Shown here: piece after piece, positions 1 to 8,553 of the stretch
How the letters are laid out: every line of letters starts with the position of its first letter
How positions within the stretch are numbered: position 1 is the stretch's first letter
DNA from: Pseudothermotoga sp.
GTDB lineage: Bacteria > Thermotogota > Thermotogae > Thermotogales > DSM-5069
DNA length: 13,578 nucleotides
Direction: 5' to 3'
Assembly (NCBI GenBank): GCA_041640575.1
Contig: JBEPZZ010000047.1
Span: 1 to 13,578, forward strand
Translations under genes and position numbers: made by a program
The notes under the pieces: generated by a model
Told to the model about the DNA's origin: nothing
Database searches by the model: none
The model's input: only the letters and a program-made list of their open reading frames with translations

Positions 1-1400
1 CTGCGGAGCTTTTTGATTTTGAGATCATCGACAAAATTTTCATTCCGTATGAAAATCTAGCCATTGCAGTTACTCTCAAAAGTGACGGAACAATGGATAA
101 ACAGGTAATTGGAAGTATCTGTGAAGCTCTGAAAGCTGACCCAGCATTAAAAGATTGGACCAGATTGGTTGAGATTTTTACTAGTCCATCGCTTCAGGTT
201 GTGTCTTTCACCATAACGGAAAAAGGTTACAACTTGAAAGATGCTTCTGGTAATCTTTACAAACAAGTTGCTGAAGATATGAAGAATGGTCCGACTAATC
301 CTCAATCGTCCATGGGGAAAGTGCTTGCACTTTTGTACAGAAGATTCAAAGCAGGTAGGTACAAATTGGCACTTTTGAGTCTTGATAACTTTTCGAGAAA
401 TGGAGAGAAACTTTTTTCGGCCTTACAGGAGATAGCAAATAGTTGGGTTGAGAATAAAATAGTTGAAAAAGAATTTTTGGATTATCTGTCTAATGACGTT
501 GCGTTTCCTTGGTCGATGATAGATAAGATCGTGCCTGGCCCATCCGAGGAAGTTAAACGGCATCTTGAAGGACTTGGAATCGAGGAAATGGAGATAGTAA
601 TTACGAGCAAAAAAACATACATTGCCCCGTTTGTGAACATGGAAGAAACTCAATATCTATTGATAGAAGACCTGTTTCCAAATGGAAGGCCATATTTTGA
701 AAAATCTGGCAAAAATGTTTTCGTGACAAGCAGAAAAACAGTTGAAAATGCGGAAAAAATGAAAGTTACTGCGTGTCTTAATCCTCTTCATACTTCCATA
801 TCAATCTTCGGGTATCTTCTTGGGTACAAAACAATTTTTGAGTGCATGAAAGACCCTTTGATATCAAACCTTGCTCGTGGTGTTGGAGAAGAAGGATTGC
901 GTGTAACACCAGATCCCGGCGTGATTTCACCAAGAAAATTCCTTGAGGAAGTGTTGACTCAAAGATTACCTAATCCTTTCATGCCGGACACACCGCAACG
1001 TATACTGACTGATACATCCCAAAAAGTTCCAATTAGATTTGGTGAAACAATTCGAGCGTACTTTGAGCGGTCTGATCTTGGTGCAGATCAACTTAAATAT
1101 ATTCCATTGGTGATAGCAGGATGGTTAAGATATCTAATGGCCGTGGATGACAATGGAAAAGAAATTGTTTTAAGCCCAGATCCATTGCTTGAGGACTTAA
1201 GAAAAGATCTTGCAAAGATTTTATTCGGTCATCCAGAAACCGTTGAGAATAATCTTCGAGGGATTCTCAGCAACAAGAGACTGTTTTTAGTTGATTTATA
1301 CGAAGCAGGAATAGGAAAAAGAATCGAAGAAATCTTTAAACAGTTGATAAGTGGAACAGGTGCAGTGAGGTCAACTTTGGAAAGGTACGTAGGGAGCTGA
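1..1400 (+). CDS. uxuB: D-mannonate oxidoreductase / fructuronate reductase (long-chain mannitol dehydrogenase family); 5'-truncated by the window edge
   Basis: The frame is open from position 3 (AELFDFEIIDKIFIPYENLAIAVTLKSDGTM...), so ATG93 is probably internal. Family motifs: LSLDN (cf. SCDN), SMIDKIVP (cf. MVDRIVP), EKMKVTACLNPLH (catalytic K...N..H), RLPNP..PDT..RI..DTSQK.P.R. Lies directly upstream of uxuA. Confidence 0.88.
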   Translation, partial: AELFDFEIIDKIFIPYENLAIAVTLKSDGTMDKQVIGSICEALKADPALKDWTRLVEIFTSPSLQVVSFTITEKGYNLKDASGNLYKQVAEDMKNGPTNPQSSMGKVLALLYRRFKAGRYKLALLSLDNFSRNGEKLFSALQEIANSWVENKIVEKEFLDYLSNDVAFPWSMIDKIVPGPSEEVKRHLEGLGIEEMEIVITSKKTYIAPFVNMEETQYLLIEDLFPNGRPYFEKSGKNVFVTSRKTVENAEKMKVTACLNPLHTSISIFGYLLGYKTIFECMKDPLISNLARGVGEEGLRVTPDPGVISPRKFLEEVLTQRLPNPFMPDTPQRILTDTSQKVPIRFGETIRAYFERSDLGADQLKYIPLVIAGWLRYLMAVDDNGKEIVLSPDPLLEDLRKDLAKILFGHPETVENNLRGILSNKRLFLVDLYEAGIGKRIEEIFKQLISGTGAVRSTLERYVGS

Positions 1401-1405
1401 TTGTT

Positions 1406-2488
1406 GTGCACATAGTTTTTAGATGGTATGGTGATTTTGACACAATAAGTCTAGAACAAATACGGCAGATACCGGGAGTTGAGGGTGTTGCTGGAGCGCT
1501 TTTTGATATACCAGTTGGTGAAGTTTGGCCTTATGAAAGGATACAGGAACTTAAACAGAAAGTAGAGAAGGCTGGTTTGAAATTCGAGGTCATCGAAAGT
1601 GTAAACATTCACGAAGACATCAAATTAGGATTGCCAACTAGGGATAAATACATTGAAAACTATAACCAGACGTTGATAAATCTTGCAAGAGCAGGTATAA
1701 AAGTTGTTGTTTACAACTTTATGCCTGTCTTCGATTGGGTTAGGACAAACCTTCGGAAAAAACTGGATGATGGTTCTGAAGTCATGGAATACGACCACAA
1801 ATTTATAGAAGGCCGTGGGCCAAGACAACTTTTGGAAGAAGTCAAGAACGGATCACAAGGTTTCGTACTAGCTGGATGGGACTGGTCAAGACTTGAAAAG
1901 TTAAGTGAATTACTCAAAATGTATGAAGACATTGATGAAGAGAAGCTCTTCGAGAATTTATCATACTTTCTAAGAAACGTCATACCTGTGTGTGAGAAAA
2001 TTGGGATAAGATTAGCAATTCACCCCGATGACCCACCATGGTCTGTTTTTGGGCTTCCAAGAATTGTTACGTGCCAGGAAAATATTGAAAGAATACTCAA
2101 AGTTGTTGATAGTCCCTGCAATGGTTTAACATTTTGCATAGGCTCGTTAGGTGTTAATAGAAGAAACAATTTAGTTGAAATGATCAAATTTTTCGGTAAA
2201 ATGGGTAGAATTCACTTTGTTCACCTGAGGAATGTTAAAATTATTGGAGAAAAAGCATTTTACGAAACAGCACACCCTTCATTTTGTGGTTCTTATGATA
2301 TGTTCGAGGTAGTCAAAACCCTCCACGATATTGACTTCAACGGATATATTCGACCAGACCATGGACGGACAATATGGAATGAAAATGCAAGACCAGGTTA
2401 TGGTTTATACGATAGGGCACTGGGTATTACATACATAATTGGATTGTGGGAAGCCGTTGAAAAAATGTATTCACGACAAGCTTTTTGA
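1406..2488 (+). CDS. uxuA: Mannonate dehydratase
   Basis: 360 aa with UxuA motifs FRWYG, ESVNIHEDIKLG, YNFMPVFDW.RT, HPDDPPW, RIHFVHLRN, RPDHG, PGYGLYDRALG. GTG start, with a GGGAG RBS at 1391-1395 inside the end of uxuB. Confidence 0.96.
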   Translation: MHIVFRWYGDFDTISLEQIRQIPGVEGVAGALFDIPVGEVWPYERIQELKQKVEKAGLKFEVIESVNIHEDIKLGLPTRDKYIENYNQTLINLARAGIKVVVYNFMPVFDWVRTNLRKKLDDGSEVMEYDHKFIEGRGPRQLLEEVKNGSQGFVLAGWDWSRLEKLSELLKMYEDIDEEKLFENLSYFLRNVIPVCEKIGIRLAIHPDDPPWSVFGLPRIVTCQENIERILKVVDSPCNGLTFCIGSLGVNRRNNLVEMIKFFGKMGRIHFVHLRNVKIIGEKAFYETAHPSFCGSYDMFEVVKTLHDIDFNGYIRPDHGRTIWNENARPGYGLYDRALGITYIIGLWEAVEKMYSRQAF

Positions 2489-2523
2489 GATTGTGAAAAA
2501 GCATATGAAGTTTCTAAATCGCC

Positions 2524-2549
2524 TTTTTGATATATTTTTTTGATATATT
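2524..2549. repeat. Perfect tandem duplication of the 13-mer TTTTTGATATATT (2 copies)
   Basis: 2524-2536 and 2537-2549 are identical, read directly from the sequence. Confidence 0.85.
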
Positions 2550-2572
2550 AATTATTTTCCAGAAAGAAAAAA
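2549..2572. promoter_or_regulatory. Candidate ROK-family (XylR-like) repressor operator
   Basis: Imperfect AT-rich dyad TTattTTTCcaGAAAgaAA-like, centred between 2560 and 2561 (core TTTC-CA-GAAA at 2556-2565, flanking TT 2552-2553 / AA 2568-2569). It lies upstream of a xylo-oligosaccharide transporter operon. The regulator assignment is inference. Confidence 0.4.
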
Positions 2573-2677
2573 TGAGAAATTCAAAGAAAATGGTAGATTT
2601 TGAAAGATATAGAAAGCACCATGTGACAAAAAGAAGAATTTTTCTGGTAAATGAAGAATAGCTAAGACTAATCAAAT

Positions 2678-2707
2678 TTGCCTTGAAAAGGCAAGAAAGA
2701 ATACAAT
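2678..2707 (+). promoter_or_regulatory. Candidate sigma70-type promoter of the ABC transporter operon
   Basis: TTGCCT (2678-2683), 18-bp spacer, TACAAT (2702-2707), about 35 nt before the likely start codon. The -35 box is in the left arm of the inverted repeat TTGCCTT-GAA-AAGGCAA. Confidence 0.4.
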
Positions 2708-2741
2708 AAATTACGATCTCAGCCTGAAGGGGGTGTTCGAA

Positions 2742-4613
2742 GTGAGGAAAACTTTAGTGTTCTTTCTGATCCTATCTGCAGCTTTGTTCAGTTTTGCTCA
2801 GCTTGCTGTACCAAGACATGAAACATTCATAGTTAACCAGCTGACCGGCCGCGTTGGAACACCTGGGAACTTCAATCTTTGGGTCGGATGGAAGTGGTTT
2901 GACAGAGGACTTCAAAACTTGTTACTTGAACCTCTGTGGTGTGTTGAATATGCAACAGGTGAAATCATCAACGCATTGGCCGCAGAACCACCTATTTACA
3001 ACAAGGATTTCACACAGCTGACCATTAAACTGAGAAAAGGTGTTTACTGGAGCGACGGAGTACCTTTCACAGCTGATGATGTAGTTTATATGATTGAACT
3101 TTCAAAGAATACGTCTGGTTTCGCATACAACTCACAGATGCAGGAAGTTAAGAGTGTGAAGAAAGTTGATGACTACACGGTGGTCATCGACCTCGTGGCA
3201 CCAAACTCCAGATTCCACACCTACTTCTTGGACAGATGGGGTGGCTTTAGACCATTGCCAAAGCACATCTTCGAAAAGGTTGAAGATCCGTTGACCTTTG
3301 AATTCAACCCACCCGTTGGAACAGGTCCATATGTGCTACACAGCTACGATGCAGGTGGCTATTGGACTTTGTGGCAGAGAAGGGAAGATTGGCAAAGAAC
3401 ACCAACAGGAATGCTTTATGGTATGCCACAGCCAAAATATGTCGCGGTAATCACCTACGGCGGACCAGACAAACAACTCTTGGCAATGGCTCAACATCAA
3501 CTTGATGCAGCAGACCTTACAATGGAAGCTTTGAGAGCTGTTTTGATGAGAGTTAGCACTGCAAGAGCTTGGAGAAAGGATTATCCATGGACCGTTAACA
3601 TTGACCCATGCGTCACAGGTGTCACAATAAACAACATGGTGGAACCATTCAACAACAAAGACGTCAGATGGGCTTTGACATTGGCGATAGACATAGTCGA
3701 ATATGCTGCGAACGCTTTCGATGGCGCGGTCACAATAAGCCCCATCCATATACCTTTGACAAAGGCGTACATGGATTGGTATTTCAAAGTAATGGAACCT
3801 TGGTTGCTGAATTTTGAAATAGACATCGGAGGTGGCCAGAAGTATAAGCCTTACGATCCAACAGCCGGGCAAAGACTTGCAGAGTATGCAAGAAAGAGAG
3901 GTTATCCTGTTCCAAAAGATGCTAATGAAATCAGGTATATATTTGGACCTGGCTGGTGGAAGTACGATCCAGAAGTGGCGGAAAAATTGTTAATCAAGAA
4001 CGGTTTCAAGAGAGATTCACGCACACGTGGCTGGCTGTTGCCAAATGGCGAACCTTGGAAGATTACTATATACTGCACAAACACGAATCCGGCTCATCCA
4101 GCTTATAGAAATGCCTTTGCACTTGCGCAAGAATGGAGGAAATTTGGTATAGATGTTGACGTCGTAGTTTTTGATACTCCATCAGTCGTGCAACAAGGGA
4201 ACTTCCAAGTAAGCTCAGATTGGCCAGCTGCAGAACCATGGGGTGGTCACCCAGATTTGTATCGCGTGTTAAATCCATTCCATTCGAAATATCTTGTTGA
4301 AATTGGAGAAAATGCTGCTTGGGGTAACTACTCTAGATGGGCAAACCCAAAAATGGATGAGATTGTAGATAAGTTAAGACTAACTGATTGGAACGACACG
4401 GCAAGCATCATAAAACTTGGTGTAGAAGGTCTGAAACTCCTTGTTGAAGAGATGCCATCTATTCCTACTTTCAACTATCCTGGAGTCGTGGCTTGGGATG
4501 AGTACTACTGGACAAATTATCCTGGCGCTGAGAATATGTACTCACAACCTTACCATCACTGGCCTAACTTGAAGTACATGTTGCCGTTCCTGAAACCAAC
4601 TGGAAGGAAATGA
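2742..4613 (+). CDS. ABC transporter substrate-binding protein, family 5 (OppA/DppA fold), probably binding xylo-oligosaccharides (XloE-like)
   Basis: SBP_bac_5 motifs LRKGVYWSDGVPFTADDV, PVGTGPY, PFNNKDVRWAL..AID; Trp-rich. Signal peptide MRKTLVFFLILSAALFSFA|Q with no lipobox Cys. Start moved from GTG2733 to in-frame GTG2742 because AGGGGGTG (2728-2735) is an RBS 6 nt upstream of 2742. Substrate inferred from the adjacent GH3 xylosidase and uxu genes. Confidence 0.9.
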   Translation: MRKTLVFFLILSAALFSFAQLAVPRHETFIVNQLTGRVGTPGNFNLWVGWKWFDRGLQNLLLEPLWCVEYATGEIINALAAEPPIYNKDFTQLTIKLRKGVYWSDGVPFTADDVVYMIELSKNTSGFAYNSQMQEVKSVKKVDDYTVVIDLVAPNSRFHTYFLDRWGGFRPLPKHIFEKVEDPLTFEFNPPVGTGPYVLHSYDAGGYWTLWQRREDWQRTPTGMLYGMPQPKYVAVITYGGPDKQLLAMAQHQLDAADLTMEALRAVLMRVSTARAWRKDYPWTVNIDPCVTGVTINNMVEPFNNKDVRWALTLAIDIVEYAANAFDGAVTISPIHIPLTKAYMDWYFKVMEPWLLNFEIDIGGGQKYKPYDPTAGQRLAEYARKRGYPVPKDANEIRYIFGPGWWKYDPEVAEKLLIKNGFKRDSRTRGWLLPNGEPWKITIYCTNTNPAHPAYRNAFALAQEWRKFGIDVDVVVFDTPSVVQQGNFQVSSDWPAAEPWGGHPDLYRVLNPFHSKYLVEIGENAAWGNYSRWANPKMDEIVDKLRLTDWNDTASIIKLGVEGLKLLVEEMPSIPTFNYPGVVAWDEYYWTNYPGAENMYSQPYHHWPNLKYMLPFLKPTGRK

Positions 4614-4630
4614 TTTGGATTGAAATTTTC

Positions 4631-4655
4631 AAGCCGGGGGGCGACCCCCGGTTTT
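4631..4655 (+). terminator. Intra-operon GC-rich hairpin (partial terminator or mRNA stabiliser) after the SBP gene
   Basis: AAG-CCGGGGG-GCGA-CCCCCGG-TTTT: 7-bp all-GC stem, GNRA tetraloop, short U tract. Confidence 0.8.
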
Positions 4656-4698
4656 GATTGCAAATCAGCAAATTTTTAGACTAGGGAGGTAAAAATTC

Positions 4699-5706
4699 TT
4701 GAACTTCATCAAACGGTATCTTCTTCCAAGAATAATAGTATACTTTCTCGTGATTTTCATTGGAATAACCATGATTTTTATCATACCGCGTTTTCTGCCG
4801 ACAGATCCTGTCTTACAAACTATAAATCGAATAAGAGCTCAAGGAGCTTACATGGACCCGGAAGCTATGCAAAGAACCATACAGACCCTTCGTGAGCTTT
4901 ATGGATTAGAGGGGACTCTCTGGGATCAATATATAAAGTTTTGGCAGAGGTTCTTTAAAGCAGATTTCGGGCCATCGTATTTTCAATTTCCAACGCCGGT
5001 GATTGTTCTAATAAAAGAATCTTTGCCGTGGACAATAGCGTTACTTTTGACCACAACCTTGCTTTCATGGTTTGTTGGAAATATTCTTGGAGGATTCGCC
5101 GCCTATTTTTCAAACCAAAAATGGGGAAGGATTCTAGATTACTTCGCCATGGTCATAAGACCTATGCCTTATTATGTTCTTGCGCTTGGTTTACTGATTC
5201 TTCTAGCTTATGTTTTCCCAGTTTTTCCTTTGGGTGGTGGCTATAGAATCGGAATGAAATTAACATGGAACTTAGACACTTTGCTAGTTTTGTTGAAACA
5301 CGCCTTTTTACCTGCACTTTCTTTGCTTTTGATAGGTACTTTTGTTTGGTTTCAAGCTATGAAACTTGTTGTTCAAAATGTTAAAACTGAAGACTTCGTC
5401 AAATATGCAGAAGCTGGAGGTATAAGGTCCGATAAAATTGCGAGAAAATATGTTATAAAGAACGCTATGTTGCCACAGATAACAGGATTAGCACTTTCGC
5501 TCGGACAAATCTTCAGTGGAGCTCTTATAACGGAAATAGTCTTTTCATATCCCGGGCTTGGTACATTGCTTTACAATGCGATCTTCACAGGTGATTACAA
5601 TTTGTTGATGGGAATAACCGCTATCTCAATCTTGGTGGTGACAACAAGTATTTTAGTAATAGATCTGCTTTATCCGTTGTTTGACCCAAGGGTCAGATAC
5701 AAATAA
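4699..5706 (+). CDS. ABC transporter permease, OppB/DppB-like
   Basis: 335 aa, multiple hydrophobic segments. N-terminal YLLPR..P.DP pattern, YGL..TLWDQY..F....FKADFGPS, EAA-like loop EDFVKYAEAGG, ITEIVFSYPGLG, C-terminal DLLYPLFDPRVR. TTG start with GGGAGGT RBS at 4684-4690. Confidence 0.93.
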   Translation: MNFIKRYLLPRIIVYFLVIFIGITMIFIIPRFLPTDPVLQTINRIRAQGAYMDPEAMQRTIQTLRELYGLEGTLWDQYIKFWQRFFKADFGPSYFQFPTPVIVLIKESLPWTIALLLTTTLLSWFVGNILGGFAAYFSNQKWGRILDYFAMVIRPMPYYVLALGLLILLAYVFPVFPLGGGYRIGMKLTWNLDTLLVLLKHAFLPALSLLLIGTFVWFQAMKLVVQNVKTEDFVKYAEAGGIRSDKIARKYVIKNAMLPQITGLALSLGQIFSGALITEIVFSYPGLGTLLYNAIFTGDYNLLMGITAISILVVTTSILVIDLLYPLFDPRVRYK

Positions 5707-5714
5707 GGAGTGAG

Positions 5715-6572
5715 ATGATGAAGGTACTAAGAGATCTATTGAGAGACGGAAAATTTGCCTTTGGCTTTTTCGTTCTCCTATGCTTGGTTTTTCTTGCTTT
5801 CTTATCTTTTTTCTCGCCTTATGACCCTTACAGATGGAATGTAGTTCCGAGGGATATGCCACCTTCTTGGCCGCACATTCTTGGTACAAGTTCAAGAGGC
5901 CAAGACGTGTTCTGGGAACTGTGCTTTTCGGTGAGAAATTCTTTAATCATGTCTTTGATAGCTGGTTTCTCATCGAGGATCATAGCTGTTCTTATCGGAA
6001 TGGTAGCTGGCTACAGGGGCGGAAGAACTGACAGGTTACTTATGTTCTTAAGTGATTCGTTTTTGGTCTTACCTCTTTTCCTGATAATAGTTTTGATCGG
6101 GTCAATGGCGAAAGCACGACTTAGCCTGGCATCATTGGGACTTTTGTTAGGTGCCTTTGGTTGGGCATGGGATGCCCGAGTGATCAGATCACAAGTTCTA
6201 AGTCTTCGCGAAAGAGACTTCACATATACTGCACTTTTAAGTGGCTTAAGAACAATGTCATTGATCTTCAAGGAATACATGCCATTTTTGACACCACTGA
6301 TATTCGCTACTTTCATTGGAAATGTCTCATGGGCAATAGGTATGGAGATAACTTTGGCCATTCTTGGGGTCTTCAGAATTGAAATTCCAAGCCTTGGTAC
6401 AATGCTCCAATGGGCTCTAAACTATCAAGCGTTATTACTAGGCTATTGGTGGTGGATTGCTACGCCTGTTGTCACATCGGTGATGTTATTCATTGCTTTG
6501 TATCTGCTTTCAATTAGTATAAGCGAATATCTAGATCCACGTATGAGAGTCCAAAGAATAGGTAAAGCATGA
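5715..6572 (+). CDS. ABC transporter permease, OppC/DppC-like
   Basis: 285 aa. PPSWPHILGT...GQDVF, ARVIRSQVLSLRERDF, PSLGTML, WWWIATP, LDPR. GGAG RBS at 5707-5710; the start could be ATG5715 or ATG5718. Confidence 0.93.
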   Translation: MMKVLRDLLRDGKFAFGFFVLLCLVFLAFLSFFSPYDPYRWNVVPRDMPPSWPHILGTSSRGQDVFWELCFSVRNSLIMSLIAGFSSRIIAVLIGMVAGYRGGRTDRLLMFLSDSFLVLPLFLIIVLIGSMAKARLSLASLGLLLGAFGWAWDARVIRSQVLSLRERDFTYTALLSGLRTMSLIFKEYMPFLTPLIFATFIGNVSWAIGMEITLAILGVFRIEIPSLGTMLQWALNYQALLLGYWWWIATPVVTSVMLFIALYLLSISISEYLDPRMRVQRIGKA

Positions 6573-6582
6573 GGTGATGAGA

Positions 6583-7572
6583 TTGCAAACAGTAATTTCG
6601 ACGAAAGAACTTAAATCCTATTATGTCCTGGATGTTTTTGGGAAGGAAAAAGAGATTGTAAAAGCCGTTGACAATGTGAGTCTGGATATCTATGAAAACG
6701 AGATATATGGTATAGCTGGAGAAAGTGGATGTGGAAAGAGCACTTTGCTCAAATCAATTTTCGGTATAATCGATCCTCCTCTTAGATTGATCGGCGGAAA
6801 GGTATTGTATTTCTACAATGAACAAGTGTATGATCTTTATTCTTTGAATTTGGATTCTAGACGGAATCTGAGATGGAAATTTATTTCTTATGTCCCTCAG
6901 GGTTCGATGAGTGTATTGAATCCGGTCGTCAAGATAAAAGAAACTTTCAAAGACTTTCTGAACAGCCATCTGAAGGGAAAAACAAAGGAAGAATATTATG
7001 AACTGGCAAAAGAGCATTTAAAACATTTGGGATTACCACCGAAGATACTTGAAGCATATCCCCATCAACTATCCGGTGGCATGCGTCAGAGGGTTACGAT
7101 AGCATTAGCAACACTTTTGAATCCAAAAGTTATTATAGCCGATGAGCCAACAACTGCTCTTGATGTTGTCACTCAAAGAGGAGTTATTCAACTTCTGAAG
7201 GATATCCAAGCAACGTATATGAATACAATTGTATTGGTAACTCATGACATGGGTGTCCAAGCAAGTATGGCTACTCGAATAGCTGTAATGTATGCTGGAA
7301 AAATAATTGAAGAAGCACCAACCTCCAAACTCTTCAAAGAACCGAAACATCCATATACGAAATATCTTATAAACTCGTTACCTAAATTTGGGGACAAATC
7401 CAGACGAAGTAGTGCTCCTGGTAGCCCACCTTCTTTGGCGGCTCTACCATCTGGATGCAGTTTTCATCCAAGATGCCCTTACTGCTTCGAAAAATGCAAA
7501 ACTCAAGTACCACCTTTGAAACAATATGAAACTGACCATAAAGTTGCATGCTGGTTGATGGAGGAAGTGTGA
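6583..7572 (+). CDS. ABC transporter ATP-binding protein, OppD/DppD-like
   Basis: Walker A GESGCGKS, signature YPHQLSGGMRQR, Walker B IIADEPTTALD, H-loop THD, HPYT domain with C-terminal Cys cluster. Start uncertain: GAGGTG (6571-6576) best fits TTG6583; in-frame GTG6574 and ATG6577 are alternatives. Confidence 0.93.
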   Translation: MQTVISTKELKSYYVLDVFGKEKEIVKAVDNVSLDIYENEIYGIAGESGCGKSTLLKSIFGIIDPPLRLIGGKVLYFYNEQVYDLYSLNLDSRRNLRWKFISYVPQGSMSVLNPVVKIKETFKDFLNSHLKGKTKEEYYELAKEHLKHLGLPPKILEAYPHQLSGGMRQRVTIALATLLNPKVIIADEPTTALDVVTQRGVIQLLKDIQATYMNTIVLVTHDMGVQASMATRIAVMYAGKIIEEAPTSKLFKEPKHPYTKYLINSLPKFGDKSRRSSAPGSPPSLAALPSGCSFHPRCPYCFEKCKTQVPPLKQYETDHKVACWLMEEV

Positions 7573-7573
7573 T

Positions 7574-8533
7574 ATGAAAAAACTGCTTGAAGTGAGAAAC
7601 TTGTCAAAGATCTATTCTATGGGAAGCATTTTCTCTAGAATCAAAATAACTGCGGTAGATGATGTTAATTTTACTGTCATGGAACCGGAGATATTTACTC
7701 TTGCTGGAGAAAGTGGATGCGGAAAGACAACAACAGCAAAGATCATTCTTGGTTTTGAAGAACAAACCTCTGGTGAAATTATCTACAAAGATCAGCCCAT
7801 TGATAAGTTGAGGCAACAAAATAGATATAGAGTGTTAAGAGAAATCCAGGCGGTTTTTCAGAACCCATTTTCAACCTTCAATCCTTTAAGAACTGTGGAT
7901 AGTTATTTTTATGACACACTTGTTAATTTGAGAATTACTTCAAGCAGAAAAGAGGCTGAGAAAAAGATCAGAGAAAAATTGGAAGCAGTTGGTATATCTT
8001 TTGACGAGTTTAAGCAACGTTATCCAAGCGAGTTTTCTGGTGGTCAGCTTCAAAGATTATCAATTGCAAGAGCTTTGTTAACAGACCCGTTTTTGATAAT
8101 AGCTGACGAGCCTGTATCAATGGTTGATGCCTCACTCAGAATGTCCATAGTCAATCTGTTTAAAGATCTAAAAGACAAGTTTGGAGTTAGTGTTATTTAT
8201 ATAACTCATGATCTAACTACTGCTTACTATGTGAGTGACAGAATGGCAATTATGTTTCGTGGAAATATTGTTGAAATTGGTCCTGCAGAGGAAGTCCTTT
8301 CGAACCCTAAACACCCTTATACACGACTTTTAAGAGAATCTGTTCCAGAAGCTGATCCAGAGAAAAAATGGACCACAAAAGTTTTACTCGCCGACGCAGA
8401 GCATGAGGAATATCTCAGAACTGGTTGTAAATTTGCAGGAAGATGTCCGTCAGCAATGGATAAGTGCAAGAAATTTGTTCCACCTTATTTTGAAGTTAAC
8501 GGTACATCCGTGAAATGTTTTCTTTATGAGTAG
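7574..8533 (+). CDS. ABC transporter ATP-binding protein, OppF/DppF-like
   Basis: Walker A GESGCGKT, YPSEFSGGQLQR, IIADEPVSMVDAS, THD, HPYT domain with C-terminal Cys cluster. GGAGGA RBS at 7560-7565. Confidence 0.94.
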   Translation: MKKLLEVRNLSKIYSMGSIFSRIKITAVDDVNFTVMEPEIFTLAGESGCGKTTTAKIILGFEEQTSGEIIYKDQPIDKLRQQNRYRVLREIQAVFQNPFSTFNPLRTVDSYFYDTLVNLRITSSRKEAEKKIREKLEAVGISFDEFKQRYPSEFSGGQLQRLSIARALLTDPFLIIADEPVSMVDASLRMSIVNLFKDLKDKFGVSVIYITHDLTTAYYVSDRMAIMFRGNIVEIGPAEEVLSNPKHPYTRLLRESVPEADPEKKWTTKVLLADAEHEEYLRTGCKFAGRCPSAMDKCKKFVPPYFEVNGTSVKCFLYE

Positions 8534-8553
8534 ATTCAGAGAGGAGGATCTAT

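Noticed and set aside
93..95. ATG93 as the uxuB start
   Set aside because: The frame is open to the window edge, there is no convincing RBS, and the N-terminal NAD-binding region of the family is missing, so the gene starts upstream of the window.
2733..2741. GTG2733 as the SBP start
   Set aside because: It lies inside the RBS (AGGGGGTG). GTG2742 has correct spacing and gives a typical MRK signal peptide.
3336..3872. 178-aa antisense ORF within the SBP gene, plus the shorter ORFs at 3581, 3608, 3902 and 4066
   Set aside because: Fully nested in a well-supported gene, with unnatural Cys/His-rich composition and no recognisable motifs; these are shadow ORFs.
6715..7727. 25-nt near-identical direct repeat (GCTGGAGAAAGTGGATG[T/C]GGAAAGA at 6715-6739 and 7703-7727)
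   Set aside because: Both copies encode the Walker A motif AGESGCGK of the paralogous ATPases, so protein constraint and codon bias explain it.
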